A stretch of 64,000 nt of DNA from Trichinella spiralis (GCF_000181795.1 NW_003526944.1:62001-126000), one strand, 5' to 3'. Positions 27,258 through 39,499 are shown, numbered from the stretch's first letter. The notes: a model not told the origin generated them from the letters alone. A program made the numbers and translations.

Positions 27258-27691
27258 ATCAAAGAAAAATACGGTTACAAGTAGAAGTATACCAAACTTT
27301 TATACTATTCATACAATTATGAATTATTATTCAGTTATGAAATCTAATTTATAATATTACTTTTATAAAAGCTCACTAGTTTATTGAAATTTATTCATAT
27401 TTAAAATTGTTTTAAAAATTAGGACGCTTACTAATTTCAAAGGTCATTAAAACAATGCCCTGCTAGATTACAAATATCTAAATAAAGTGGGAATAATAAA
27501 TACAATTATTAAATCATATAAAATTATTATTTAAAATTTACAATTTCAATAAATAAATAAATATATCATTTTTCATTTATAGAAATGAAAATAATAATAG
27601 AATAACAAATTCATAGATTCTGTAAACAAAGGGCACAGTATACTTATGTGAACTTGCATGTTACAATAGTGTTATTATTATATTGATCGCT

Positions 27692-27709
27692 TGTTGTTGT
27701 TGTTGTTGT
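27692..27709. repeat. (TTG)n microsatellite upstream of the claudin-like ATG
   Basis: ttgttgttgttgttgttg. Confidence 0.8.
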
Positions 27710-27774
27710 GGTGTTGGTATTATTAGCGGTAGATTTCCTAAAAGTCCTAACCTGTTATTTTATTTAGGTTTTCA

Positions 27775-28458
27775 ATGAATTCCAAGCACAGAATTCGTTT
27801 TACGAGTTGCAGCAAGCATTGTTCTTTTCTTGGGTTGATATTGATTTTCGTCGCTGCATTGACACCTTCATGGGAAGTGTTAATACATTCCGATTCTGTT
27901 GATAAAATTCGAGACAGGGGTTTATTTTATGCATATTGGTTTCACCAGCCTCCAGGAGATGTGGCACTGCCGAGGATGGTGAATTATCCTGCTTTCGAGT
28001 TCTTGCTAATTGATGATCGCCCTATGAATGCTCATGCGCCTGCCTATGATAATATTAGTTATACGACTGCACTGTTGTTGATGATCGGATTCGTCCTTGC
28101 TAGTTTGAAGTTGGCAACTCCTGTATCTCCGTATAATTTGGGTTTAATAGCGTTGCATTTCATTTTATCTTTGTTAGCGACTTTGTTCACTTCCGGAGCC
28201 GTGGCGTTTTATTATTTCATGATGCCAGAAATTCCATCTGCATATAGCCTAGATAAATGTGTGACGACCAGATATGGATATTCATTTTTTACTTGCGCTT
28301 TTGGTACTCTTCTATTGATTATAGCAATGATCTTCCAGACAGCACAGATAATTTACGTTATTTTTCATCCGGAAAAGTGGACCATACCCACGGTATATAT
28401 TGCAACTTTGAGAACTCCAGTTCGCGAAAACAAGCAGATTCCGTTTACAAGGACGTAG
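27775..28458 (+). CDS. Claudin/PMP22/Clc-like tetraspan membrane protein, intronless CDS
   Basis: Four hydrophobic segments, LTPSW after TM1, RGLF (degenerate GLW), YGYSF before TM4; acceptor-like ttttatttag just upstream of the ATG. Confidence 0.7.
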   Translation: MNSKHRIRFTSCSKHCSFLGLILIFVAALTPSWEVLIHSDSVDKIRDRGLFYAYWFHQPPGDVALPRMVNYPAFEFLLIDDRPMNAHAPAYDNISYTTALLLMIGFVLASLKLATPVSPYNLGLIALHFILSLLATLFTSGAVAFYYFMMPEIPSAYSLDKCVTTRYGYSFFTCAFGTLLLIIAMIFQTAQIIYVIFHPEKWTIPTVYIATLRTPVRENKQIPFTRT

Positions 28459-29982
28459 AGAAATAACGAAAGGACTATCGCTTGTTTCAGTTTTTTGGAT
28501 TTAAAAACTATCTGTTGAATATTTCTACTGTTCAACGATTATTTTTCAAAAAATACTGGCTTGTAAGAAATAATAAAACTTATTTTTTAATTCTTTGTTT
28601 TATTATCAAAATGCAATTGCACGGAGCAGTATAATTCTGAAATTCCACTAAAAAGAAAGCCATATAAGTGAATGCAATTCACTGAATGCAATTCAATGCA
28701 GTTACCGCAAAAACCAAAATACAACGTGAAAACCTGAAAATCAATTTGCTTTCGTAATTTTATTATTATACTCTATAGTCTAGCTTATATAGCCTTCTGG
28801 TTAAACATTTATTACTGGCTTTCAGTTTACTATGAAACTACTAAACTGTTTGTTTTACTTGTTAAATTACAAATTGTGAAAATATAACTTCTGTCAATTT
28901 TCCTATAAAAAAAGGCAACAAAATTTTTTAATATGTAAACAATTTGTAACATTTTATTGGCGTTTATTTTATATAAAGAAATATGCCTAATATAAATGTA
29001 AAATAATAAAACTTCTAGGAAAATACATTTGAAAACGATACAGTGCTGAAGAGTAAATAAAATTGTACGTTAAAATTAAGCAAATTCCTTATGATAAAGC
29101 ACATTAGTTTTTGAGTCTTAAGATTTTAGAAATAAATTCGGTTCTCGTTAAACAGAATGTTCAACGAAACTTTTCAATGCAGCGATGATTTCTGCTGTAA
29201 ATTTGATAAATAAAAGTTTGCAGACGTATAACTAGTAAAAGTAACCGACTGATCTGAACTTATCGGTCGAGTAAACTATATAAGAGCAGTGAAGCTTAAG
29301 AAATTAAGAATAAATAGACAATTTTACATTCCAAACAAAATTGAATGAAAAATACAAGTACTCGCTAAAATGATTAATAATAAAACAAGAAAGAAAAACT
29401 GATTTACCTTAAAGTCTTACATAAGTGAAATTCTTTTAAATTGAATGATAATAACTTACTTTAGTTGACACTTTCACTTCATTGAATATTTGAGATGAAT
29501 AAATTATAAATGAAATAATTGTCAAAATAATTCAAAATCTTAATACCATTTCACAAGTACAATTGAATGTGTTCTGAATATTTCTTAAACGTTTTTGGAT
29601 ACTGTAAGCCGATGTTCAAAACGAAATACATTTATATTTATGCAATACAGTATGTAAGAAAAAAATGATATGAAATCAAAATGGATGTATACAATAAAAA
29701 AATAATCAGATAAAGAAATAAAATATTAAAAAAATGTATTCCTGAAATATCTAAAAAAAATCTATAATGGTAACTTGTGCCGTAATTCATTTTCCGTAAA
29801 CTTTAATTATAATGAACATTTTTTAATATGCAATTAATTTCAAGTATTTAAAATTTCCTTTTGCTACTTTACGGTACAACAGTTAAAATAGTAATATGAT
29901 TATCAAGTTATGTTTTACTGTAAGTTTTTTATGTAAACGTACTTTTATAGTTCTTTGTCATCTTCAACAAATTGTTTTGAGA

Positions 29983-30867
29983 ATGGGAAAAATAAAGGAC
30001 GGAGTATTTCAAATTGCTGCTGGTGGTAGTGCAGGCTTTTTAGAAGTATGCTTGATGCAACCGCTTGATTTAGTGAAGACCCGTTTCCAAGTGCAAAGCA
30101 GCGTGGCTGACCAAACCCGCTACAAAAGTTTAGTGGACTGCTTTTTGAGAATTTATCGCCAAGAAGGCGGTCTGGCATTTTATAAAGGAATCGTTCCTCC
30201 AATTATGGCCGAGACTCCAAAACGAGCAGTGAAATTTTTCACGTTCGAACAATACAGATCCGTTTTTGCTGAATCGAAGAGCATAAATCCAGCCTGCGGC
30301 TATTCATTGGCAGGTTTGCTTTGCGGTGTAACCGAAGCGATGGTTGTGAATCCTTTCGAAGCCGTGAAAGTTCGCCTCCAAGTAGACCGACAAGCGTCGG
30401 TGCTTGAACAGAACACCTTTGCCATGGCAAGGCAACTGATCAAACAAGGCGGTCTCGGCACCAACGGCATTAATCGAGGTCTGTCGGCGACGATGTGGCG
30501 CAACGGAATCTGGAATATGATTTATTTCGGCTTTTACCACAGTACAAAATCGTACGTTGCTTCATCGGATTCAGAACTGAAACACAATCTGCCAATTCGT
30601 ATCGGTCTGAGCTTTACCGCCGGCTGCTTAGCTTGCATTGGCAATACGCCGTTCGACGTGGCAAAAAGTCGTATTCAAGCGAGCATACAAACCAGAGCAA
30701 AGTATCGTAGTTGTCTCCAATCTATTGCTGTTATTTACCGCGAAGAAGGTTTACTTGCTTTGTACAGAGGTCTGCTACCGAAAATTATGCGCCTTGGCCC
30801 GGGTGGTGCAGTTCTGATGATCGCATATGAACATATTTTTGAATTTCTGAAATCAAATTTTGACTAA
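29983..30867 (+). CDS. SLC25A21: Mitochondrial 2-oxodicarboxylate carrier (SLC25A21/ODC), intronless CDS
   Basis: Three carrier repeats (PLDLVKTRFQ, PFEAVKVRLQ, PFDVAKSRIQ), ODC-type AETPKRAVKFFTFEQY, RNGIWNMIYFG, RLGPGG. Probable start MGKIK at 29983, after acceptor ttttatag at 29950. Confidence 0.93.
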   Translation: MGKIKDGVFQIAAGGSAGFLEVCLMQPLDLVKTRFQVQSSVADQTRYKSLVDCFLRIYRQEGGLAFYKGIVPPIMAETPKRAVKFFTFEQYRSVFAESKSINPACGYSLAGLLCGVTEAMVVNPFEAVKVRLQVDRQASVLEQNTFAMARQLIKQGGLGTNGINRGLSATMWRNGIWNMIYFGFYHSTKSYVASSDSELKHNLPIRIGLSFTAGCLACIGNTPFDVAKSRIQASIQTRAKYRSCLQSIAVIYREEGLLALYRGLLPKIMRLGPGGAVLMIAYEHIFEFLKSNFD

Positions 30868-32296
30868 ATGTGAATTTTGTCTTTTTTACTGTTATTTTTT
30901 CCATTTTCCTTTGTCAATGTTTCACATAGATCAATATTTTTCCACCATGTTCAAGCTAAATACTTCCGATACACGATCAATCAGATCGATTGGATTAACT
31001 TTTATACCTATATATCTAATCATGACCGGAATAAATGATAAGAGAAATCACTTTACTCCGTTGTTATCGGTATTATCTATATTATATATGCTTGTATCGA
31101 TTTATGCAACAAGCAATAAAATGCCCACTGTAAACAAAAGCTAGGCATTTCTGTAAATCTTTTTTCAACTTAAATGCCGTTTTATGTTTTTAAATAAAAC
31201 ACAAAAACAAGCTATATAATAATAATAATAATAATAACGCTTGCTCATTTGATACGTGTTCTGTCAGTGAAAACAAGAAAAATTACCGATGAAACAAAAT
31301 GATAATACAATAAGCTGGTCCGTCCAATAACACCAAATTGCAACGTCGAACCAGGTCACAGATGACTATAATATGTCAGGCTAATTTTATACGCAACAGT
31401 CAAACAAACACATCAAAAACACACATCATCATCATTCATTCCACTGGTAAACTTTGCTGAAACACAACCCTGCAAGATTAAGGAAAAATAAATACATATC
31501 AGTTTCATTTTCTTCTTTTTAATTAAAAAATATTAATCGTTTGTCGTACTCAAACGGTATAAATTCTGGTAAAAGTAAAAATAATGAAAAAACTGCTGTT
31601 ACTAATAAAAAAAGATCAAAGTTTTTTTTCATTTTGAGAAAGAAAAGAACAATTTATATTAAAAACTATTTCCCCGATTTCAAAATAACCTTGAAAATTA
31701 TAAAAGATCTGCTGCAGACCAGCTGCTGCTGACCCCGTCTGCTGCCATTTGTTGAAGACACTTAATTGCTAACCTACAGTATCTGTAGAGTGTTTGCTAG
31801 TGTTGTCCGTTGTAAAATGTTAATACTGGAAATACCTAGGCAAGAGAAATAAATATATCGCCGTTTCCTAACAGACAATAAAAGGTTGGAATAATAAAAT
31901 TCTTGCACGTTGTAATTCAATGCTTCTTGTTCGGAGCATTATTTGTAGGGCCCATTTTCAAGTTGCATTTCAATGCTGTTTCACTTGAAAACATATTTTC
32001 CTACTATAACCTACTGGCATCACTGAGAAAATTGAATATAATGTATAGCTGTATTAAAATATTTCCAATTCAGTTTAAGAAAAGCACCTCTTTCAACTGT
32101 ATTAAAACCGACAAAAAATTTTACACCCTTGCCTGGAGCCGAAAGGAAACGTTTTAACCGTTTGGAATCGACTGAAACGAAAATACTTACGAATAATGCC
32201 ACTCAACCACTATTTGCTGTCTGTCACAACCTTCCATTACTTTGTACAATCTGTAACATTAAAAAACCAAAGGTGGAAGAACAACACTGCACGCAT

Positions 32297-32305
32297 ACAC
32301 ACACA

Positions 32306-32341
<36 letters not shown>
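32297..32341. repeat. (AC)n microsatellite, read as (UG)n on the SR-gene transcript strand
   Basis: About 22 AC units with one AG interruption. Confidence 0.95.
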
Positions 32342-32343
<2 letters not shown>

Positions 32344-32723
32344 GCAAACATCTCCAAAACAGAGCGCAGCAGGCCAACCCGAGAAGACATAATTACCATA
32401 AACCAAGCAGGCCAATTTCCAGCCATGCAACCCCAGTGTCAGTTAGCCAGGCTGAAAATATGAATACATTTTATGTTTCACATAAGCATCATAAACGACG
32501 GCCTTATAATGGTCACAGCATAGCTGGCGTAATCAGATTATAAATTAATATACGGCTGTAAAATTTCAAGAAAAATACAAAGCTTCACTCGCAGCTTTTA
32601 ATAATAGATGGTTATTGATGGTTCTGGGTTCCCGATAATCAAAACTATATAAAACAATAATTTAAATATGACAGGTAATTACTTTTAGAAAACGATTGAA
32701 ACCAAAATTGTAGTTGACCAAAA

Positions 32724-33368
32724 TCATGGGCTGCGGCTGTAGCGATCATAACGGTCATAGTATGGAGAACGAGTTCGTCTGTAACTGCTGCGAGGCTCGT
32801 ATCGACGATCATAGTAATCTCGACGATCGTATGAATCATAATAACCACTACCATAATCATAATTACGACGCATACTATAGCCACGCGGTGGTGGACGCCA
32901 GTCAGACCTTGGACCATAACGACGACGTGGTAGGGCCAAACTAACTCGAACTTTACAGTTTCGAATGTAACTGCCATTCAATCGATGAACCGCTTCCTCT
33001 GCATCTTCACGAGTCTTGTACACAATAAAAGCGTAAAATGGTGCATACGTTGCAAGCCAAATTTCGGATATTTTCCCAAATTTGCTAAAAGCGTCTTCTA
33101 AATCTGCTTTTGTAATCGTATCATCAATATCCCCAATATGAACGCGAGAACTGCTGTTACGCTCGCCAGAACGGCTTCTACTGCGCGAAGCCGAGCGCGA
33201 GCTGCTGCGACCACGACGCTTGCCACGTGAACGGCTACGACTACGACTCCGGCTAGCCGAACGAGAACGACGCCGAGAACGATTGGAAGATTCTTCCTTT
33301 ACACGACTTGTCCGTCTTTCTTCACTATATTCACGCTCAGGCTCACTGTCACTGTTATAATCTCCCAT
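32724..33368 (-). CDS. SR-type splicing factor with RS-RRM-RY/RS architecture, intronless CDS
   Basis: N-terminal RS repeats, one RRM (RVHIGDI...LEDAFSKFGKISEIWLA...FYAFIVY..REDAEEAVHRLNG..IRNCKVRV), Tyr/Arg/Asp-rich tail ending RSP. Confidence 0.9.
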   Translation of the reverse strand: MGDYNSDSEPEREYSEERRTSRVKEESSNRSRRRSRSASRSRSRSRSRGKRRGRSSSRSASRSRSRSGERNSSSRVHIGDIDDTITKADLEDAFSKFGKISEIWLATYAPFYAFIVYKTREDAEEAVHRLNGSYIRNCKVRVSLALPRRRYGPRSDWRPPPRGYSMRRNYDYGSGYYDSYDRRDYYDRRYEPRSSYRRTRSPYYDRYDRYSRSP

Positions 33369-34797
33369 GGTTTTTTTAATCTATTCAAGAAACACAAAAA
33401 TTAAGAAAGATAAGCAAAAATTCAAAAAATCACAGATAATAAAACAATTCTAAACATTTCAGCATGGGCAAACTACACTCTAACACTTCTACTTGAAAAA
33501 ACGACATCAAACAATGAAAACCTTACACAAATCATAGTAAACTTAAAATGCATCAAACAACTAAAAATAATTACAAAATTATAAACCATTAATGTCGAAA
33601 AAAGTAACAAATTGAAAATATTAGCAAAATCTCACACGCGTGCGAATAGTTCACCACAATGACTAAGGGCAAACGCAAGGGAAGCAATATTATTTGCAAA
33701 GTAAGTACTAAGGTACAAATGTATGGAATTACCGAGTGCATTGTACCGGAAATAAAATTATTTACAGGAAAAAAGCTATATAAAATGAAATTTAAATTTA
33801 TAAATAATTAAATAATAAAAATAATTAATGTTACGTGACTGTTTTGAATATTAAAGCGGAGAAAAAACAAAATAACATGCATGTAATTTTATAAAACAAA
33901 TATTAAAGATAAAACTTTAAACATAAAAATTGTAAAAAACTAGAAGTAATTTATAAATTAACAGTCTAACAACTTTCAACAAGTAGTTTCACGAATACCT
34001 ACCACATTCATTCAGCTAAAAAATTATAACTAGTGAACTTTGATTGCAGTTGGAGAATTAATTTTAAATTGAAAAAATTTTTAAACACTTAAAACTATTT
34101 TAAATAAATAAATAAAAACATATAAATATATACATAATTTACAGTACCTGCATAGGACAAGGGAAATTCGATGGACTATACTTCCTTACTACCGTAATAT
34201 TGATGTTAATCACACAAGTAAATTTACAAAGGTTCAATAATAATATTGAAAATTTAATGACAACATTTCACTTATTAAAAATTATAAATTAATTAAAAAT
34301 GATACTTTAACTCATATTTCTTTACTTTAATTGAGATTATTTATATACATATATACTAATCAGAAAGCCAAGATTACAGTATGATTATAAAATTTATTCC
34401 ATGAAAACTGATAATAAAAAAATGTATTTTTATATATTATAATTTTAGTTTAATATTTAATTTAATTTTTATTAAATTATTATAATAATTAGTTTTTCAA
34501 CTACCAATTATACATACTTATCATATGTACTTTTCTATTGATTTTAATTCTCTATTCATAATTTATACGCTGTTAAGTATAAAATACGTATTACATAAAG
34601 AAGTGTTTTTTAAATAAGCCTGTCAAATTACAGGTTAATTTTAATTTTTCATTTTACACTAAATCAAATATTAAAAATAAATTTATACTAAATCAATTCA
34701 TTGATAGTATTGCACGCTGATGATTGTTTCGTGCAGAATTACATTACAGTCAGCTGCAGTGTACTGAAAGTTTTCCATAGATTGTGTGCTGAATGGA

Positions 34798-36014
34798 ATG
34801 ACTTTAGAATGCTTACCTGCTAATTTGGTGGGTAAAATCTTTCGGCATCTTAAACCAAAAGATGTTTTACACTGTATGGTTGTTTGCCGTAACTGGTATG
34901 CTGTGCTAGTTCCGGAAAATAGTGAAGTTTGGCGACAACTCTGTTATAGTTTTGTACCTCAGACATCGTTATTCGATGAAACTCTGTTTGACAAGTCGGC
35001 CTCTTATAAAATGAAGTTGAGGTACATCTGTCGTAAGCAGTTTTTTATTTGTGCATAAATGGTTGTCTTTGTTTCGAGTTTACTGTTTCTGTGCACAAGA
35101 TATGTATATTATTCAAAATTCAATTTCTAGCATTTGTTATTGTTTAGTTTGTAAATGTTTGTGCTTACTTAAATTACATTATTATACTTTATTTTTGATA
35201 GTAATATTTGAATGTTTAACTTTCATAATTTCTTAGTTATGATTGACTAATTTTCGTATTTTTATCATTTAGTATTGATTAAATTTAGATCTGGTTATGT
35301 TGATTATTTTGGTAAAAATAATTATGATTGATTGATCAAACATGATTATGGTGGTAGATTATTTTTCAAGCAAAATAAGAAGTGCTGTTTTTGTAATTCG
35401 ATGCATGAATATGAGAATGAATTTCGATGATACCGTTGAAAATTCGATAATTAATTTTTTTTTTAAATTAATTCAGAGCGTGGTTGTTCACTTGGAATCC
35501 AAAAGATTGTTCTCGAAATGGTTACCTTACTCGAGGTGATTTCACTTTCCATAGATCTCCTGTAGCTCAGAGCACGGATGGTGTACGTGGTCGACGAGGC
35601 TTCATCACTGGAAGACACGCTTGGCTAGTATGGTGGAATCGTCCGCTTGGTACAGTTGCTGTGCTTGGCGTTGCGAGCAAACACGCCGCGTTGCACTGTG
35701 CCGGCTACATACCTTTGCTCGGCAGTGATGAACAAGGATGGGGTTGGAATTTGGTTGACAACACTCTGCTACATAATGGCTTTGCGGTAAATGCTTATCC
35801 ACAGGGCAACAATCCACCCCATTATCGACCAGGCGAAAAGCTTCGTGTTATTCTGGACTGCGATGCGCACATTCTCTATTTTGAACGTGACGACGAATTT
35901 TTAGGCATCGCATTTTCCGACTTACCACCTATACGTCTGTATCCATGTATCTCTTGCGTTTATGGTCATTCTGAGGTGACTATGGTATATCTGGGACAAC
36001 CTGTAGATGGTTAA
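34798..36014 (+). CDS. fsn-1: F-box/SPRY domain protein 1 (FBXO45 / FSN-1)
   Basis: Exon 1 (34798-35021) encodes the F-box LPANLVGKIFRHL..CMVVCRNW. Exon 2 (35477-36014) encodes the SPRY domain WNPKDCSRN..HRSPVAQSTDGVRG..PLGTVAVLGVA..WGWNLVDN..VYLGQPVDG. Confidence 0.97.
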
Positions 36015-36279
36015 CACATTTATTATAAAATGGCAATTCACAAATTGATGTTTATATTATAGCACATCAAAGGATTTGTTGTGAAAAAAATATTTGTAAC
36101 AACCTTACATCAATCGTACATCTCTTCCTTCTCTTCGTTCGGCGGAAGATATTGGAACTCATCATATTTGTAAAAATTTAAAAAGAAACATATACAACTG
36201 AAAAAATGATGTTAATAAAAAAGGAGGAGGAGGTAACTGCAGATAAAAAGTTTCAATAAAACAGTATATAAAATAGTTT

Positions 36280-38953
36280 TCATATGTATTGCGTTAATCG
36301 CCCGTAGAAGTCTTCCAGTGCGGCAAGTAACTGCAAAAATGATGGTCTCGCTTCAGGATGCAAATTCCAACAGCAAAACATCAACCCATACCTAAAAAAT
36401 TTTGTATTATAGTATAATATGGTAGAAAAATAGCTCGTATTTGGTGTATTATAAAATATCAACGTAAAAACACTAACAGGTCGTCAGGACAATTGTAAGG
36501 CTGATACAAACGATGATCATCCATCAAGTAAGTGGTCATTTCAAAAGGATCTACTTCATGATAAGGCTGTTGTGCCAATGAAACCAACTCCCACATGGTC
36601 ACTCCAAATGCCCACTAAATAATGAGAAATTTCACAATAAAATGATTTAAATAAGCATTTCTAACTTACAACATCCGAGGCGGAACTAAATTCATGTTTT
36701 TCAATCGACTCCACTGCTAACCATTTAACAGGTCTGTTCTCATTGTCACCAAGGCAGTGGTAATCTTGCGGGAAGAGATCTCGAGAAAGGCCGGTGTCAC
36801 AAATTTGAACAACAAAATCTTCACCAATTCTATGAATAAAAATTATAAAATTAATCATAAAAGTACATAAAAAAAACAAACAAAAATCTTACATGCAATT
36901 TCGAGTAGCGATGTCACGATGAACGATTCCATTGCGTTGCAAATGGATCAAACCTCGACAAATATGCAATGCCATAAGCACCAAATCTTGTGTAGATAAT
37001 GAATGAAAAGAGCCCGCTTCAACACCACTGCATCGGTGCAGAAATTTTTTCAAATTTCCAAATCCACGATGGGCGTAGCATAGCATAGGCAACGACGCAG
37101 GCGAACAACTGGCTGCTATGACGAAGGACACGTTCGGATGCGCAGGTAAACCATGAAACATCAAAGATTCACACAAAAACCGAGCCACTTGAGATTCCGA
37201 AGCAGTATCTATTGGGGGGAAAATAATGTCATTTTTTCACTCTGAAAAAGTATAAAAAGTAAAAAATCACTTTTAACAGTTTTAATTAACACTTCAACGC
37301 CAATTGCGTCAGTTTTCGTTAATAAACCGCTGTAAACTTCTCCAAAGTTGCCTTTAAGTTGAAATTTGTCAATTTCAATTCGATTATAGTCTACGCTAAT
37401 AGCGTCCAACACGAAAACAATGTCCAATTCACGAGAACGCCAGTATAATATTTTCCCAGCTCCTGGATCCGGAGCATATGTGTTTCCCCAAACGTCGGTA
37501 ACTGAATTTGTCAATAATGGAGACTGTTGTTGCTGCTGTTGTTTGTTGATATCCATCCGGCTACATGGGCTAGCTGAACGAAGAAACGGTGTAGAATAGG
37601 CACCTCGGCATAGTGTGCGTTCGTCTGCTGCATGAGCACAGTGAGCACCGGAAGAATTCAGCTGCTGCATTCTGGATTCGGCAGGGACGCGTGACAATAA
37701 CCGGCTACTTTGCATTTCGTAGCCACAATTTGGTTTGCGCACCCGCATAAAGTAAATTACCAACGAGAAGGCGATTATTAAAATAATGGCAAACAAGCCA
37801 CCAAGCGCTATGTAAAACACATTCGTCGCTCGTCCATTTATTCCTCAAAACATTAAGCTGTTCAATACCACACTGAGATATATAAACGATCAAATACTGA
37901 AACAAACTCTATCATCAAATGACAGATAAGTCACCTAGTGAGTATTATAAATGCTGCACAAAACTAAAATGCTATCAGAAAATTGGTTAAATCATTAAAA
38001 CTGATTACATAATTTCATAAAACGCATTCAAAAAACCATGCATATTAAGATTGTCACAAAAATAAACTACTCACTGTCATCAAAAGCATCAGATGCAGTG
38101 TTTGACCGAATGCATATCTTTCTTCGACGTATCAACAAGCTTGTAAAATTGTGCTGCGATGGCCAAGTGTAATTTAATTGAATGTCAACACCAACTTCGC
38201 CAGTGCTTTGACCAGTGCATTTCAGTTTCACGGAGAAAGCTAAAATTTTCCAATTTTTCTTAGAAAATTACAACATTTAAAAAATCATATCCCATTAAAC
38301 AGCTTCTATTATGATCTTTGAGCATAAATGGAAACTTACTTTCTGAACGGAATGGCACAATTCCTTGTGGTGAAATACTGAATTCCGGCTTTTCTATAAT
38401 ATTTGGCTTTTCCAATCTTGCCGATATTGAATAATAAATCTAAATTTACAAATAGCTCGAAATTAAATTAAAAATGAAGAAAATAATACATTTTCTTTAG
38501 AGCTGGTTTTCCAGTGAAATATCAATTTGCTAATGTTGCCTGGCACTGGAACTTGAAATTTCAGTGCATAATCATTCAATAATCCATCTTCTACATATGC
38601 CAATGTTGTATTTAAACCTAAATATAAAATTAAATCACATTTAACGAAAAAATAAAAACTTAAAACATAAGATTAAAATTAAAAGTAAAAAATTTTTATA
38701 AGATAAAGCAAAATTCATGTATAAATGAATCATTATCAATGATAACGCTTTTATGTAGGCAATACAAAAACCCTTTCCAATTTTACATTTTTACTCATTT
38801 CTGTAATCTCTTTTTAGTAATATTTTTTTTCATAATCAGATTACCTAAAATTCGCTGCACTTCTTCATTGCTAACAAATAAATCGACCTTTGCCGTCACA
38901 GTTCGAAGAATAATAAAAGTGCACAAGCCAGTAAACCAATGAAACATGGCCAT
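36280..38953 (-). CDS. lin-18: RYK / Derailed / LIN-18 Wnt-binding receptor tyrosine (pseudo)kinase
   Basis: Signal peptide then VDLFVSNEEVQRILG, WIF domain ending in basic RRRKIC, TM segment FYIALGGLFAIILII, kinase motifs LKGNFG, IKTVK, HRDIATRN, DTGLSRDLFPQDYHCLGDNENRPVKWL, CCWNLHPEARPSF. Confidence 0.95.
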
Positions 38954-39499
38954 GTGAAACTCATCAAATAAACCGCATTTCAATTGTGTAAAAAATAGGC
39001 ACTTCAAAGCAGTTTGCAAGGCTTAAATCATGAGAAACTAAGTTAAATTGCAAAAACTGCAACCTGTCGGGTAGAAATTAATAAGACGTGTTAGTATACT
39101 GTATTGTAATGAATAGCATGATTGACTAACTATAACATAAGCAAATTGTATAATAGAATAAATATCAACCTATTAAACGTTGCTAATAGAAAATTATAAT
39201 TTAACCAATACTTTTCAAACGATTGTATTTGTATTTATAATTCAAAAATTTTTTTCATATGTTTACTGTAATTGCAAAGGAAATTTTTGAGATAAAGAAA
39301 AATCATTTAAAAATTAAAAAAAAATTTATATTAATATTTTTATATGATGACATTTTAATTTAATTTTTAATATACGAATAAGTTGATGAAGAACCGTGAC
39401 ATAACATGATTATCCAATGTATTACGGTTAAGGCGGCATTTATTGCTCAACTAGAAATTATATGTGTTCAGCATTTGAAATAATCCTTGGTTTTTTATA

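Noticed and set aside
29896..29982. 29-aa N-terminal extension on the SLC25A21 ORF
   Set aside because: It spans a splice-acceptor-like ttttatag (29950); the ATG at 29983 gives the normal carrier length
31376..31436. Minus-strand ATGATGA...CTGA snoRNA-like pair
   Set aside because: The C box lies in a (GAT)n run and appears exonic; no recognisable guide
32129..32543. ORFs with HTHTHT / VCVCVC repeats
   Set aside because: Translation of the (AC)n microsatellite
32645..32977. Alternative-frame and antisense ORFs over the SR gene
   Set aside because: By-product of repetitive Arg/Tyr/Asp codons lacking stops
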